The notes beneath the pieces were generated by a model. The model saw nothing but the letters and a program-made list of their open reading frames with translations. It made no database searches and was not told the origin of the DNA. DNA of 64,000 nt from Deltaproteobacteria bacterium (GTDB taxonomy: Bacteria > Myxococcota_A > Polyangia > Polyangiales > Houyiibacteriaceae). The DNA lies in the NCBI GenBank assembly GCA_034670305.1, contig JAXMNT010000010.1, positions 1 through 64,000 of the forward strand, in the 5' to 3' direction. Below, in pieces: positions 48,318 through 57,833 of this stretch. The position numbers and the translations under genes were made by a program. How positions within the stretch are numbered: the first letter of the stretch is position 1; each line of letters begins with the position of its first letter.

Positions 48318-49718
48318 TCAGCAGGCGCCGTGGAAGCGTTTGGCGCCGGCTGGGAAGATCTTGCCGGGGTTGAGGATGCCGCGCGGGTCGAACACGTCCT
48401 TGATGCGCTCTTGGAGCGCGATGAGCGCGGGCGACTGCTCGAGCGGGAGGTATGGCGCCTTCAAGATCCCGATGCCGTGTTCGCCGCTCAGGGTGCCGCC
48501 GAGCTCGATCGTGGCTTCGAAGAGCCCGCGGATCGCGGCGTACACGCGCGGCTTGTCGTCGTCGTGGTTCCACAGGAAGTTCACGTGGAGGTTGCCGTCG
48601 CCGGCGTGGCCGTACGTCGGCATCACGATGTCGTGCTGCTCGGAGAGCGCGCGGCACCGATCGAGCAGCGCGCCGATGCGGCTGCGCGGCACGACGATGT
48701 CTTCCGAGAGCTTGTGCGCGGCCGACTCCCGGAGCACCCGGCTCATCTCGCGGCGGGCGGCCCAGAGCTTCTCGCGTTCTTCGCTGCTGTGGGCCACGAG
48801 CACGTCGATCGCGCCCGAGTCGAGCATCGCTTCGCCGGTGCGGTCGCGCAGCACGTCGATGCGGTCTGCGTCTCCGTCGACTTCGACGAGCAACATCGCG
48901 TGGGCCCCGTCCGGCACCGCGATGCCGGCCCGCGGACGCATCAGCTCGAGCGCGATGTCGTCCACGAACTCGAGACACCGCGGGAGCCAGCCGCGCTTCA
49001 GCGTGTCCGTGATGACCTTGCCGAGATCGTCGCGGCTCCGCAGAAAGACGAGCAGCGTGGCGACCGCTTGAGGTTTGGGCACGAGCCGGAGCGTGGCCTC
49101 GGTGATGACTCCGAGCGTGCCCTCGGAACCGACGAGCAGCCCCGCCAGATCGTAGCCGGTCACACCTTTGGCGGTGGGTTTGCCGACTCGGTGCAGCGTC
49201 CCGTCGGCGGTGACCATGTGCAGGCCGAGTGTCCAGTTGCGCGTGGTGCCGTACCGAAACGCGCGCGGCCCGCCTGCGTTGCAGGCGAGGTTGCCGCCGA
49301 TCGAGCAGTAGCCGAGCGAGTTCGGATCGGGCGCGTAGAAGAGCCCTTCCGCTTCCACCGCGGCGTGCAGATCGCCGAGCACCACACCCGGCTCCACCAC
49401 CACCCGGAGGTCGTCGGGTTCGATGCCCTTGATCGCCGACAACCCTTCGAGGCTGAGCACGATGCCGCCCGGCACTGGCACCGCGCCGCCGACACGGCCG
49501 CTGCCTGCGCCCCGCGGCGTCACGCAGACTCGGTGTTCGTGGCACGCCGCAAGCGTCGCTTGCACCTCGGCGGTGGAGCGCGCCCGGACCACGGCTTCGG
49601 GCACCACCGGCGTCGCTTCGCTCTCGTCGATCGAGTACGTCTCGAGCACGTCGCGATCGCGCACCACCTCCGCGCCGGAGCGTGAGATGGCAAGCAGAGC
49701 ATCGTCGATGGCCATCAA
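48318..49718 (-). CDS. FAD-linked oxidase, GlcD/D-lactate dehydrogenase family
   Basis: PRGAGSG, GGNLACNAGG, GSEGTLG, HAGDGNLH, SGEHGIG, LNPGK. Confidence 0.92.
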   Translation of the reverse strand: MMAIDDALLAISRSGAEVVRDRDVLETYSIDESEATPVVPEAVVRARSTAEVQATLAACHEHRVCVTPRGAGSGRVGGAVPVPGGIVLSLEGLSAIKGIEPDDLRVVVEPGVVLGDLHAAVEAEGLFYAPDPNSLGYCSIGGNLACNAGGPRAFRYGTTRNWTLGLHMVTADGTLHRVGKPTAKGVTGYDLAGLLVGSEGTLGVITEATLRLVPKPQAVATLLVFLRSRDDLGKVITDTLKRGWLPRCLEFVDDIALELMRPRAGIAVPDGAHAMLLVEVDGDADRIDVLRDRTGEAMLDSGAIDVLVAHSSEEREKLWAARREMSRVLRESAAHKLSEDIVVPRSRIGALLDRCRALSEQHDIVMPTYGHAGDGNLHVNFLWNHDDDKPRVYAAIRGLFEATIELGGTLSGEHGIGILKAPYLPLEQSPALIALQERIKDVFDPRGILNPGKIFPAGAKRFHGAC

Positions 49719-49748
49719 GGGACCGTAGCAGGCACAGCCTGCGGAGGG

Positions 49749-50083
49749 CCCTTGCCCTTGCCCCTGCCCTTGCCCGTGCCCTTGCCCTGCCCTTGCCCCT
49801 GCCGGTCGTCACAAACAGAAGCAGAAGCAGAAGCAGAAGCAGAAGCAGAAGCAGAAAACAGCAACGGTGTGAGCAACGGCAGACAGCCGCAGAGTCCGCA
49901 GCCGCAGCCGCAGAGTCCGCACAGCTTCCTGCGCAGTCGATCTCTGAATCATCCGCTCAACCCCAACCGGGCACGGGCAAGGGGAAGGGGTAGGTCGCTT
50001 TCGCTCCACCCCAACCGGGCACGGGCACGGGCGGGCACGGGCAAGGGCAAGGGCACGGGCAAGGGGTAGGTCGCTTTTGCTCC
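49749..50083. repeat. Composite intergenic repeat: (CCCTTG)n, (GCAGAA)n, and two tandem CCCCAACC-(GGGCAM)n-GGGGTAGGTCGCTTT units
   Basis: Read directly. Confidence 0.85.
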
Positions 50084-51391
50084 CTACAGCAACATCGACA
50101 TCGGCGATTCGAGGAGCGCTTGCAGCTCCGCGAGCCAGCGCGCGCCGAGCGCGCCGTCGACGACGCGGTGGTCGCAGCTGAGCGTGAGCTTCATGCGTTT
50201 GCCGGCGACGACCTGGCCGTCTTCGACCACGACCGCGTCGCGGAGCGCACCAACCGCGAGCAGCGCGCCTTCGGGCGGGTTGATCACCGCGGCGAATTCT
50301 TCGATGCCGTACATGCCAAGGTTCGAGACGCTGAACGTGCCGTTCTGCATCTCTTCGAGCTTGAGCTTCTTGTCTCTCGCGCGGCCAGCCAGCTCGCGGA
50401 CCTCGCGGCCGATGTCGAGCACACCCTTCTGGTCCGCGTCGCGCACGACCGGCGTCACGAGTCCATCCGGCACCGACACCGCCACCGAGATGTCCACCAC
50501 CTGGTGGAAGTGGATCTCGGTCTCCATCCAGGACGCGTTCACTTCCGGGATGCGGCGCAGCGCAACCGCGCACGCTTTGAGGACGATGTCGTTGAAGCTG
50601 ACCTTTTCGGGTTTCTCGTCGCGGCCGAGACCGCGCTTGAGCACGTCGTTCATCATCGCGCGCGCTGCCACGAGCGGCGCCGCGTCGACATCGACGGTCA
50701 GATAGAAGTGCGGGACGTTCTGCTTCGACTCGGTGAGCCGCCGCGCGATCGTCTTCCGCATCGGGCTCGCTTTGACGACCTTCGGCGGAAGCCGCTCTCC
50801 CGTGCGCCGCGCTCCGGCCGATGCGGTGGGCAACGACTCGAGGTCCCGTTTGACGATCCGTCCGTGCGGACCCGAGCCGGTCAGGCCGCCGAGCTCGAGA
50901 CCCCGCTCACGCGCGAGTCGGCGAACGAGCGGCGAGGCGAGGATGCGCCCGCCGGGCGTGCCACCCGTGGTCGCCGCACTGGTTGCCGGGGCACTGGACG
51001 CACCGGCACTGGACGCAGAGGCACTGGACGCAGCGGCACTGGACGCCGGTTTCGGGTCGGCCTGCGGTTCACTCGGCGCGGCTTCCGGAGCCGACGCACC
51101 GCCGCCCTTCTGACGGGCCGCGACTTCTTCGAGGAGCGCGGTGATGTCCTCGCCCTTCTGTCCGATGATCGCCACCGGCTCGTCCGGCGCCAAGGTCGCG
51201 CCTTCATCGACGAGGATCTTCAGGAGCACGCCTCGGTCGAACGAGCGGAACTCCATGGTCGCTTTGTCGGTCTCGACCTCCGCCAGCAGATCGTCGATCT
51301 CGATCTCGTCGCCTTCCGACTTCACCCACTGTGCGAGCGTGCCCTCTTCCATGGTGGGGGAGAGCTTCGGCAGTCCAATGATCTTCGCCAT
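50084..51391 (-). CDS. pdhC: Pyruvate dehydrogenase E2 (dihydrolipoamide acetyltransferase)
   Basis: Lipoyl EVETDKA, ASPLVRRLA...GSGPHGRI, DHRVVDG. Confidence 0.95.
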   Translation of the reverse strand: MAKIIGLPKLSPTMEEGTLAQWVKSEGDEIEIDDLLAEVETDKATMEFRSFDRGVLLKILVDEGATLAPDEPVAIIGQKGEDITALLEEVAARQKGGGASAPEAAPSEPQADPKPASSAAASSASASSAGASSAPATSAATTGGTPGGRILASPLVRRLARERGLELGGLTGSGPHGRIVKRDLESLPTASAGARRTGERLPPKVVKASPMRKTIARRLTESKQNVPHFYLTVDVDAAPLVAARAMMNDVLKRGLGRDEKPEKVSFNDIVLKACAVALRRIPEVNASWMETEIHFHQVVDISVAVSVPDGLVTPVVRDADQKGVLDIGREVRELAGRARDKKLKLEEMQNGTFSVSNLGMYGIEEFAAVINPPEGALLAVGALRDAVVVEDGQVVAGKRMKLTLSCDHRVVDGALGARWLAELQALLESPMSMLL

Positions 51392-51398
51392 GACTTTC

Positions 51399-52385
51399 CT
51401 ACTTGTACGCCACGGCGCGCACCGCATCGACGACGCGGGCAACGGTGGGCAGGACGAGGTCTTCGAGGTTCGAGGCGTAGGGCATCGGCACATCGAGTGC
51501 GGCCACGCGCGCGATGGGTGCGTCGAGGTAGTCGAACGCGTCCCGCTGGACTCGGTCGACGATCTCCGCGCCGGGTCCGCCGTAGGGCCAGTGTTCGTGC
51601 ACGACGACACAGCGGTTGGTCTTCTTGACGCTCTTGACGATCGACTCGATGTCGAGCGGCCGCAACGTCCGCGGGTCGACGATCTCGCACTCGATCCCGT
51701 GCTCCTTCGAGAGCACTTCGGCTGCTTCGAGCGCCGTGTGGTACGGCCGGCCCCAGCTGACGATGGTGCAGCCGTCGCCTTCGCGCGCGATGCGGGCTTT
51801 GCCGAACGGGATGACCTCGTCCTCTTCGACCTCGGGCACTTCGCCCTTGAGGTTGTAGAGCGTCTCGCCCTCGAGAAAGATCACGGGGTTGTCGTCGCGG
51901 ATGGCGGCCTTGAGCAGACCCTTCGCGTCGCGCGGGGTGCTCGGCATCGCCACGTAGATGCCGGGGATGTTCACGTAGAACGGATCGACCGAGTGGCTGT
52001 GCTGCGAACCGACCTGCTTCGCCGCGCCGTTCGGGCCGCGGAAGACGATCGGGCACTTCACGGTGCCACCGCTCATCTGGTGGACCTTGGCCGCGTTGCT
52101 GATGATCTGGTCGAACGCGACGAAGCTGAAGTTCCAGGTCATGAACTCGATGATCGGCCGCAGGCCCACCATCGCCGATCCGATGCCGACACCGGCGAAC
52201 CCAGCTTCGGCGATCGGGGTGTCGATGACGCGCCGCTCGCCGAAGCGCGCGAGCAACCCTTCGCTGACTTTGTAGGCGCCCTGGTAATGGCCGACTTCTT
52301 CGCCCATCAGGTACACGGACGCGTCCCGGTCCATCTCTTCGAGCATCGCTTCGCGAAGCGCCTCGCGGTATCGGACTTCACGCAT
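51399..52385 (-). CDS. pdhB: Pyruvate dehydrogenase E1 beta subunit
   Basis: MGEEV..YQGAYK, DTPIAE, EFMTWNF, SQHS. Confidence 0.95.
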   Translation of the reverse strand: MREVRYREALREAMLEEMDRDASVYLMGEEVGHYQGAYKVSEGLLARFGERRVIDTPIAEAGFAGVGIGSAMVGLRPIIEFMTWNFSFVAFDQIISNAAKVHQMSGGTVKCPIVFRGPNGAAKQVGSQHSHSVDPFYVNIPGIYVAMPSTPRDAKGLLKAAIRDDNPVIFLEGETLYNLKGEVPEVEEDEVIPFGKARIAREGDGCTIVSWGRPYHTALEAAEVLSKEHGIECEIVDPRTLRPLDIESIVKSVKKTNRCVVVHEHWPYGGPGAEIVDRVQRDAFDYLDAPIARVAALDVPMPYASNLEDLVLPTVARVVDAVRAVAYK

Positions 52386-53367
52386 CGGCTGCCTCCGTGG
52401 CTTCGGCGTCCGAGTCCACGTACACCCGGTGCATCGATGCTTCGGTCGCCAGCGGCGACTCTCCGGCGAACTTCACCGCCGCTTCGATCTGGTCGTCCAC
52501 TTCGCCTTCGAGGTCGAGCAAGTCGTTCTCTTTCACGCCCGCTTCGACGAGCTTCGCGCGCACCACAGCGCACGGGTCCTTCTTCTTGCGCTCTTCGAGC
52601 TCTGCGCGGCTTCGGTACTTCGCCGGGTCGCTCATCGAGTGGCCACGGAAGCGGTAGGTCTCGATCTCGATGAAGGTCGGGCCTTCGCCGCGGCGCGCCC
52701 GCGCCACCGCTTGGCCGACCCGGTCGCGCACGTTGCCGACGTCGTAGCCCTCGAAGCGGTCGCCGCTCATGCCGTAGCCCTGCGCTTTGAGCGTCAGGTC
52801 GTCGAGCGGCGAGGTGCGCTCCATCGGCGTTCCCATCGCGTACTGGTTGTTCTCGCAGATGAAGACGATCGGCAACTTCCAGAGGCCCGCGAGCGAGAGC
52901 GCTTCGTGGAACCCGCCGATGTTGGTCGCGCCTTCGCCGAAGAAGCAGACCGTGACCCGGTCTTCGCCGTTGTACTTGGCTTTGAACGCCGCGCCGGCCG
53001 CGAGCGCGATGTGCCCACCCACGATGCCCCAGCCGCCGTAAAAGCCGTTCTTCACATCGAAGAAGTGCATCGAGCCACCCATGCCGCGCGAGCAGCCGGT
53101 GTCCTTGCCGAACAGCTCCGCCATGGCCGCGTTCGGGTCCATGCCAAGCGCCAGCGCGATGCCGTGGTCGCGGTAGGTCTGAAAGACGGTGTCGCCTTCC
53201 TCGAGGACCTCGGACACACCGACCGCGATGGCCTCCTGTCCGATGTACAGATGGAGAAAACCGCCGATCTTGCCCATCGCATAGGCGCGCGCCGATTCTT
53301 CTTCAAAACGCCGGATGACCCACATCTGTCGGTACAACCGGCGCAGCTCGTCTACTCCCGATGCCAC
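52378..53367 (-). CDS. pdhA: Pyruvate dehydrogenase E1 alpha subunit
   Basis: GFLHLYIGQEA, GMGGSMH, GEGA...ENN, TYRFRGHSMSDP. Confidence 0.95.
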   Translation of the reverse strand: MASGVDELRRLYRQMWVIRRFEEESARAYAMGKIGGFLHLYIGQEAIAVGVSEVLEEGDTVFQTYRDHGIALALGMDPNAAMAELFGKDTGCSRGMGGSMHFFDVKNGFYGGWGIVGGHIALAAGAAFKAKYNGEDRVTVCFFGEGATNIGGFHEALSLAGLWKLPIVFICENNQYAMGTPMERTSPLDDLTLKAQGYGMSGDRFEGYDVGNVRDRVGQAVARARRGEGPTFIEIETYRFRGHSMSDPAKYRSRAELEERKKKDPCAVVRAKLVEAGVKENDLLDLEGEVDDQIEAAVKFAGESPLATEASMHRVYVDSDAEATEAADA

Positions 53368-53440
53368 GCGGGCACCCTACTACAGAAGCCCACCCCAAGA
53401 TCCAGCCTTTGGTACGGACGGGCCGGCTGTACCGGTGACC

Positions 53441-53560
53441 GGGAGAGCGACCTGTGCCCGTCCCCCTTGCCCCTCCCGTGCCCGTGCCCGCGCCCCTGCC
53501 CGTGCCTTGCCCGAGCCCGTGCCTTGCCCGCGCCCGTGCCCGTGCCCGTGCCCGTGCCCT
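53441..53560 (-). repeat. (GGGCAC/GGGCAA)n tract ending in AGGTCGCT on the minus strand
   Basis: Reverse-complement member of the dispersed repeat family, upstream of pdhA. Confidence 0.75.
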
Positions 53561-53640
53561 TCAAGCATCGGCTCCTGTGACGAACACGCACCACGGACAA
53601 GCAGCGCTGTCCGTGGGAAGCGCGAGCGCTCCTCGCGCAG

Positions 53641-54243
53641 CTACGAGCGGCTCTGGCCGATCAACCGCGCGACGTGCGCGCCGAAGTAGCCGGCGTAGCG
53701 GGACTGCAGCTCGGGCAGACGCCAGTCGTCTCCGCCCACCTTGCCCCGGCAGCCCGGCGCACCGCACGCGCAGACGAACGCGTCGTAGTCCGAGCAGTCC
53801 GTCATCGCGTAGTCGAAACAGATCTCTTCGCCGGCCTCGATGGCGCGCATCGCGACCAGCACCACCTGGCCGCGCACGCCCACGTTCGGCGCGCACGAGT
53901 GGTTCACCCAGTCGCCGGGCCCGTCGTAGTCCGAGTAGAGGAAGAGCCCCTCTTCGATCTGCAGCGCGAAGCGGCGGCGGCCGGCCGGCAGCGAGTCGAG
54001 TTCGCCTTGGTCGACGACGCGGCCGCCGAAGGCCACCACGACCGAGCCTTCGGCGATGTCCTCTTGCGCGAAGAGACCGCGCTCCCCGAACTCGTTGGTC
54101 AGCGTGTGCGTCGCCGGGCTCGGCTTCGATGAAACGGGCGGCGGCGCCTTTTTCCTTCGCTTGGTGGGAGCCTTGCGGCGTCGCAAAAGAGTGACTCCCT
54201 GGGGGGAGTCGCCTGCCTGCTCACGAGGAGCTGGGGGTTTCAT
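53641..54243 (-). CDS. SET-domain protein with post-SET Cys motif
   Basis: GLFA, VNHSCAPN, GEEICFDY, CACGAPGCRG. Confidence 0.9.
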   Translation of the reverse strand: MKPPAPREQAGDSPQGVTLLRRRKAPTKRRKKAPPPVSSKPSPATHTLTNEFGERGLFAQEDIAEGSVVVAFGGRVVDQGELDSLPAGRRRFALQIEEGLFLYSDYDGPGDWVNHSCAPNVGVRGQVVLVAMRAIEAGEEICFDYAMTDCSDYDAFVCACGAPGCRGKVGGDDWRLPELQSRYAGYFGAHVARLIGQSRS

Positions 54244-54277
54244 GGAGGCGCCAGTATAAATCGCCTCCGCCGAAACT

Positions 54278-54865
54278 TCATCCAGTGGACTGTGCGTTTT
54301 CCACCAGCTTGAGTTCGGGGACCGGGAGGGTCCCCGACAGCACCTTCGGCAGGTCCTCGTCCACCGCGACCTCGAGGAGCGGCTGGGGCAGGTCGCGACC
54401 GAGCGCGACCGCCTGCTCGACCTGCGGCTGCCACGCGGCCCAGCAGGCCTCGGGCGTGGGACGACCGATGGTGCGGCGACACCCGGGCGCACCGCAGAGA
54501 CAGCTCAATGGTTCGTCGAGGTTGCACTCGGCGTAGTCGCAGGTGACCTCGTCGCCCACCGCCAGGTCCCGCACGGCGATCATCGCGTCGTGCCCCACCC
54601 CACGCATCGCCGGCGCGCAGCTGTGGTTGACGTGTTTGCCCGCGTCCCAGCAGAGGATGAACTGCCCCCGCGCGTCCCGGTAACCGAGCCGGTCGAGCTG
54701 CGCCCACAGGAGCGGCGGCAAGGACTCGACCTCCAGCGGGTCGAGCACGAAGTCGAAGCGGTCGCGGACCCACAGCAGCGTGCCGCGCGGAATCGGCGCG
54801 GTTGCGCGCACGCCAACGCCGACCGCTGGGTCGAAGGTGGAGAGCTCGGTGTCCGGGTGGATCAC
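54278..54865 (-). CDS. SET-domain protein with post-SET Cys motif
   Basis: VIHPDTEL...GVGVRAT, VNHSC, GDEVTCDY, CLCGAPGCR; 4-bp overlap with the upstream gene. Confidence 0.9.
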   Translation of the reverse strand: MIHPDTELSTFDPAVGVGVRATAPIPRGTLLWVRDRFDFVLDPLEVESLPPLLWAQLDRLGYRDARGQFILCWDAGKHVNHSCAPAMRGVGHDAMIAVRDLAVGDEVTCDYAECNLDEPLSCLCGAPGCRRTIGRPTPEACWAAWQPQVEQAVALGRDLPQPLLEVAVDEDLPKVLSGTLPVPELKLVENAQSTG

Positions 54866-56448
54866 GACTTCGCCTTCAGGGTGCTGTCCACGTTCTCGTC
54901 CAAGACGATGCGCCGGATGCGGGTCTTGGCGCTCAGCTCGTACAGATCGTCCCGCAGCTCCCGAAGCGGCAGCACGCTCCCCGAGGTCCGCGCGTGCTCG
55001 AGCAGGTTGAAGTCCAGGTCCGCGATGGCGACCGTCTGCTCGTGGGGCGGGGCTTCGGCGGCGATGGCTTTCGGCGGGAACCCGAAGTCGCTCGGAGTCA
55101 GCACCGCGCTCCGGGCGTAGTTCAAGAGGTAGGTCGGGTGCGAGAGGTTGCCGCACGATCCCGAGAGCGCGAGGTAGAGCACGTTCTCGATCGCGCGCGC
55201 GTGGGCGCTCAGCCGCACCCGCAGATACGCCGCTTCGTCGTCGGTGCTGAAGGGGACGAAGATTGTGTCGACCCCCGCTTCGGCCAGGAGCCGCGTCGGC
55301 TCCGGGAACTCGATGTCGAAACAGATCTGGACCGCGAAGGGTCCGAAGGGGCCGACGAACACCCGCAGCTCCTCGCCAGGCGTGAAGCCCCACAGGTCAC
55401 GCTCGGTCGGCGTGAGGTGCAGCTTGTCCTGGGTGTAGACGTTGCCGCTCGGTGTCATCACGTGCGCGACGTTGTAGAGCGTGCCGCCTCGCACCACCGG
55501 ATGCGAACCCGCGATCACGTAGAGCGCGTGTTTCTTCGCGAGCTCCGTGAAGATGCGCAGGTAGGTCTCGTGGAACTCGGCGAGCGCCAGCATCTCGTCC
55601 CGCGGCGAGTCGAGCGAGGTCAGGAGCGGGGCAGCGACGAACTCCGGGAACACCACGGCGTGGCATCCGTACTCGTTGGCGACGGTCGCGAAGTAGGAGG
55701 CCGTGTCTGCGAACGACTGGACGGTCTCTCCGTCGCGGATCCGCCACTGCACCGAACACACCCGCATGCGATCCCACGCGCGTTCGCGCCGAATCGACCG
55801 GGCGCGCCGTTTGCGCGCGTCGTACTTCGGGTTGTCCCACTGCAGCAGCGTCGCCCAACCGGCGCTGGCGGCGTCGTCCATGAGGTCGGACCGAATGGAC
55901 ACGACCCGGTACCCGTTGCGGAGGTGTGCGGAGAGCGCGGGGTCTTTGAGGTCGCCACCGACGACCCGCTCCACGTAGGTCTCCGCCTTCATGCGCTTGG
56001 CGTGTTTCGAGTACCCGGGCAGCCGACCGAACGCGACCATGCGGCGGAGGTTGTGCCGCTGCACGATCTTCTTCCGGCCGTCGTAGAGCTTCGACGCGAT
56101 GCGTTTGCCACGCCAGTCCGGATGGACGGCGATGTCCGCGCCGTAGAGGGTGTCGCCGTTCGGGGTGTGGGTGGAGAAGGTGCCGGCACCGGTCAGCTCG
56201 TCGAAGCTGTACTGCTCGAGCGACGCGGACATCTCCACGATCACACTGGTCGCGTAACCCACGACCTTCCCATCCACCTCGGCGAGGATCTGCCCGTCGG
56301 GGAACGCAGCGAAGGCGAGCTTGAACTGGCGCCGGTCGTACTGGTCCGCGTCGGCGTACTCCGGCCACGCCGCGCGCTGGCACGCCACGATCGCGTCGAT
56401 GTCCGACTTCTTCCAGCGACGAACTCGGACCTTCTTGGATGTGGCCAT
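54862..56448 (-). CDS. Bifunctional GNAT acetyltransferase / carbon-nitrogen hydrolase
   Basis: N-terminal LYGADIAVHPDWRG; C-terminal VFPE, QDKLH, ICFDIEFPE and ARAIEN (nitrilase E-K-C triad). Confidence 0.92.
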   Translation of the reverse strand: MATSKKVRVRRWKKSDIDAIVACQRAAWPEYADADQYDRRQFKLAFAAFPDGQILAEVDGKVVGYATSVIVEMSASLEQYSFDELTGAGTFSTHTPNGDTLYGADIAVHPDWRGKRIASKLYDGRKKIVQRHNLRRMVAFGRLPGYSKHAKRMKAETYVERVVGGDLKDPALSAHLRNGYRVVSIRSDLMDDAASAGWATLLQWDNPKYDARKRRARSIRRERAWDRMRVCSVQWRIRDGETVQSFADTASYFATVANEYGCHAVVFPEFVAAPLLTSLDSPRDEMLALAEFHETYLRIFTELAKKHALYVIAGSHPVVRGGTLYNVAHVMTPSGNVYTQDKLHLTPTERDLWGFTPGEELRVFVGPFGPFAVQICFDIEFPEPTRLLAEAGVDTIFVPFSTDDEAAYLRVRLSAHARAIENVLYLALSGSCGNLSHPTYLLNYARSAVLTPSDFGFPPKAIAAEAPPHEQTVAIADLDFNLLEHARTSGSVLPLRELRDDLYELSAKTRIRRIVLDENVDSTLKAKS

Positions 56449-56659
56449 GGGGATTTGTAGCGCGCTCCATAAGTCGCGCCCATCTCGTGTGCGATCGAGA
56501 GGCGTGATGTAGAGCACAGCCGATGCCGATGCCGATGCCGATCTCTCCGCGCAGGGGATTGGTCGGTGACTGCCAACGGTCACGGCCCCCGTGAAGTCTG
56601 GACGGCATCGGCCTGGCCCTGCGCGCCGGCATGACTGCGGCCGGCGGCGTCCCACATCG

Positions 56660-56733
56660 CGGCGTCGGCTCGGTGTCGGCTTCAGCTTCGGGATCGGGGT
56701 CGGCGGGTATCGGTCGGCTTCGGAGTCGGCGTC
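56660..56733 (+). repeat. Degenerate (TCGGCN)n tract
   Basis: Downstream flank of four-helix-bundle gene 2; same orientation as 57398-57745. Confidence 0.6.
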
Positions 56734-56776
56734 ATGGAATCGGGCAGTGCGTCCGGAGACGCACCGCCCGCGCGGC

Positions 56777-57088
56777 CTAGGACCGACTCAGCTTGAACAA
56801 CATCGCGCAGACGTGGTCCGCGAGGTCGTACACGTCCTCCCCTGCCTCGACGTACCCCATGACCGCCGCGACCTGCAGGGCGGCCTTTACCTCGCGCGCC
56901 TCCCCGAGAGCACGCGAGAACCCGTCCGGGTTCCTCCCGCCCCGCGCACTCCGAGACTCCGCAATCAGTAGAGGAACAGCCTGCGCGGCCCGCCGCAGCT
57001 GCGACTTCAGCGACGCCTCGCGAATGCGAGGCAAGACCTCACGCACCAGGAGCGAGAGAAGTAGAAGCGACTTGTCGAATACCAGCAT
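56777..57088 (-). CDS. Four-helix-bundle protein (23S rRNA IVS protein / bAvd-like family), copy 2
   Basis: LKSQLRRAAQAVPLLIAE...FSRALGEARE; shares DHVCAML(Y/F)KLSR with copy 1. Confidence 0.9.
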   Translation of the reverse strand: MLVFDKSLLLLSLLVREVLPRIREASLKSQLRRAAQAVPLLIAESRSARGGRNPDGFSRALGEAREVKAALQVAAVMGYVEAGEDVYDLADHVCAMLFKLSRS

Positions 57089-57109
57089 CGAGAACCTGCC
57101 TTGTGTGCG

Positions 57110-57386
57110 CCGAGCGTGAACTCGCCCGAGGGCGCGAAGCGCCCCAGTGGTCGGCGGGGTGGCGGGTCAAGGACGAGCAAGCGCCGCTTCAGCGGCGCGC
57201 CAGCGAAGCGGCGGGCATCCCGCCGGGCCTCTTTCCTGGGGGCACAGCCCCCAGACCCCGTCCCAGTGACGCGGCTCGATCGCTTCGCTCGACTTCGCCC
57301 CGTCGGTGGCCTCCTTGAGGCGCCGCCCCGCCGACCGCTACGCTGGACCATCCATCGGGCCAGCCAACCTCCACGAGAAGGAGAGG
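57110..57386 (+). promoter_or_regulatory. Conserved stem-loop element with -35/-10-like boxes and an SD-like motif (copy 2)
   Basis: Stem 57146-57173/57312-57339; TTGAGG-N18-TACGCT; GAAGGAGAGG. Confidence 0.6.
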
Positions 57387-57397
57387 TTGAGCGAGCG

Positions 57398-57745
57398 GCC
57401 TCGGCTTCGGCTTCGGCTCCGGCTTCGGGTTCGGCTTCGGCTTCGGTGTCGGCTTCGGCTTCGGTGTCGGCTTCGGCGTCGGTGTCGGCCTCGGCTTCGG
57501 CTTCGGCTTCGGCATCGGTGTCGGCTCCGGCTTCGGCTTCGGCTTCGGCTTCGGCTTCGGCTTCGGCTTCGGCTTCGGCTTCGGCTTCGGCGTCGGCGTC
57601 GGCGTCGGCTTCGGCTTCGGCGTCGGTGTCGGCGTCGGGGTCGGCGTCGCTCAGCTTCGGCGTCGGCGTCGGCTTCGGCGTCGGCTTCGGCTTCGGCGTC
57701 GGCTTCGGCTTCGGCTTCGGCGTCGCGGCTTCGGCTTCGGTTCGG
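57398..57745 (+). repeat. Long hexamer microsatellite (TCGGCT/TCGGCG/TCGGTG)
   Basis: About 350 bp, read directly. Confidence 0.95.
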
Positions 57746-57762
57746 CCTGGGCTTCGTTAACG

Positions 57763-57792
57763 GAAAAAGCCCAGCCGCTGGGCTGGGCTTCT
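57763..57792 (-). terminator. Rho-independent terminator of the metalloprotease-like gene
   Basis: AAGCCCAGCC-GCTG-GGCTGGGCTT hairpin followed by a T-tract on the minus strand. Confidence 0.8.
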
Positions 57793-57833
57793 CCGCAGTC
57801 GTCGTCGCCGTGGCGGCGACTCAGACGTTCAGA

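Noticed and set aside
50976-51046. 15-bp GCACTGGACGCA repeats in pdhC
   Set aside because: They encode the ordinary Ala/Ser-rich flexible linker of E2.
50084-53367. Absence of lpdA (E3) from the pdh cluster
   Set aside because: E3 is commonly encoded elsewhere and shared between complexes, so this is not unusual.
56777-57088. 23S rRNA intervening sequence
   Set aside because: No rRNA sequence flanks either four-helix-bundle gene.
57398-57745. CRISPR array
   Set aside because: A 6-bp period with no unique spacers and no cas genes; it is a microsatellite.
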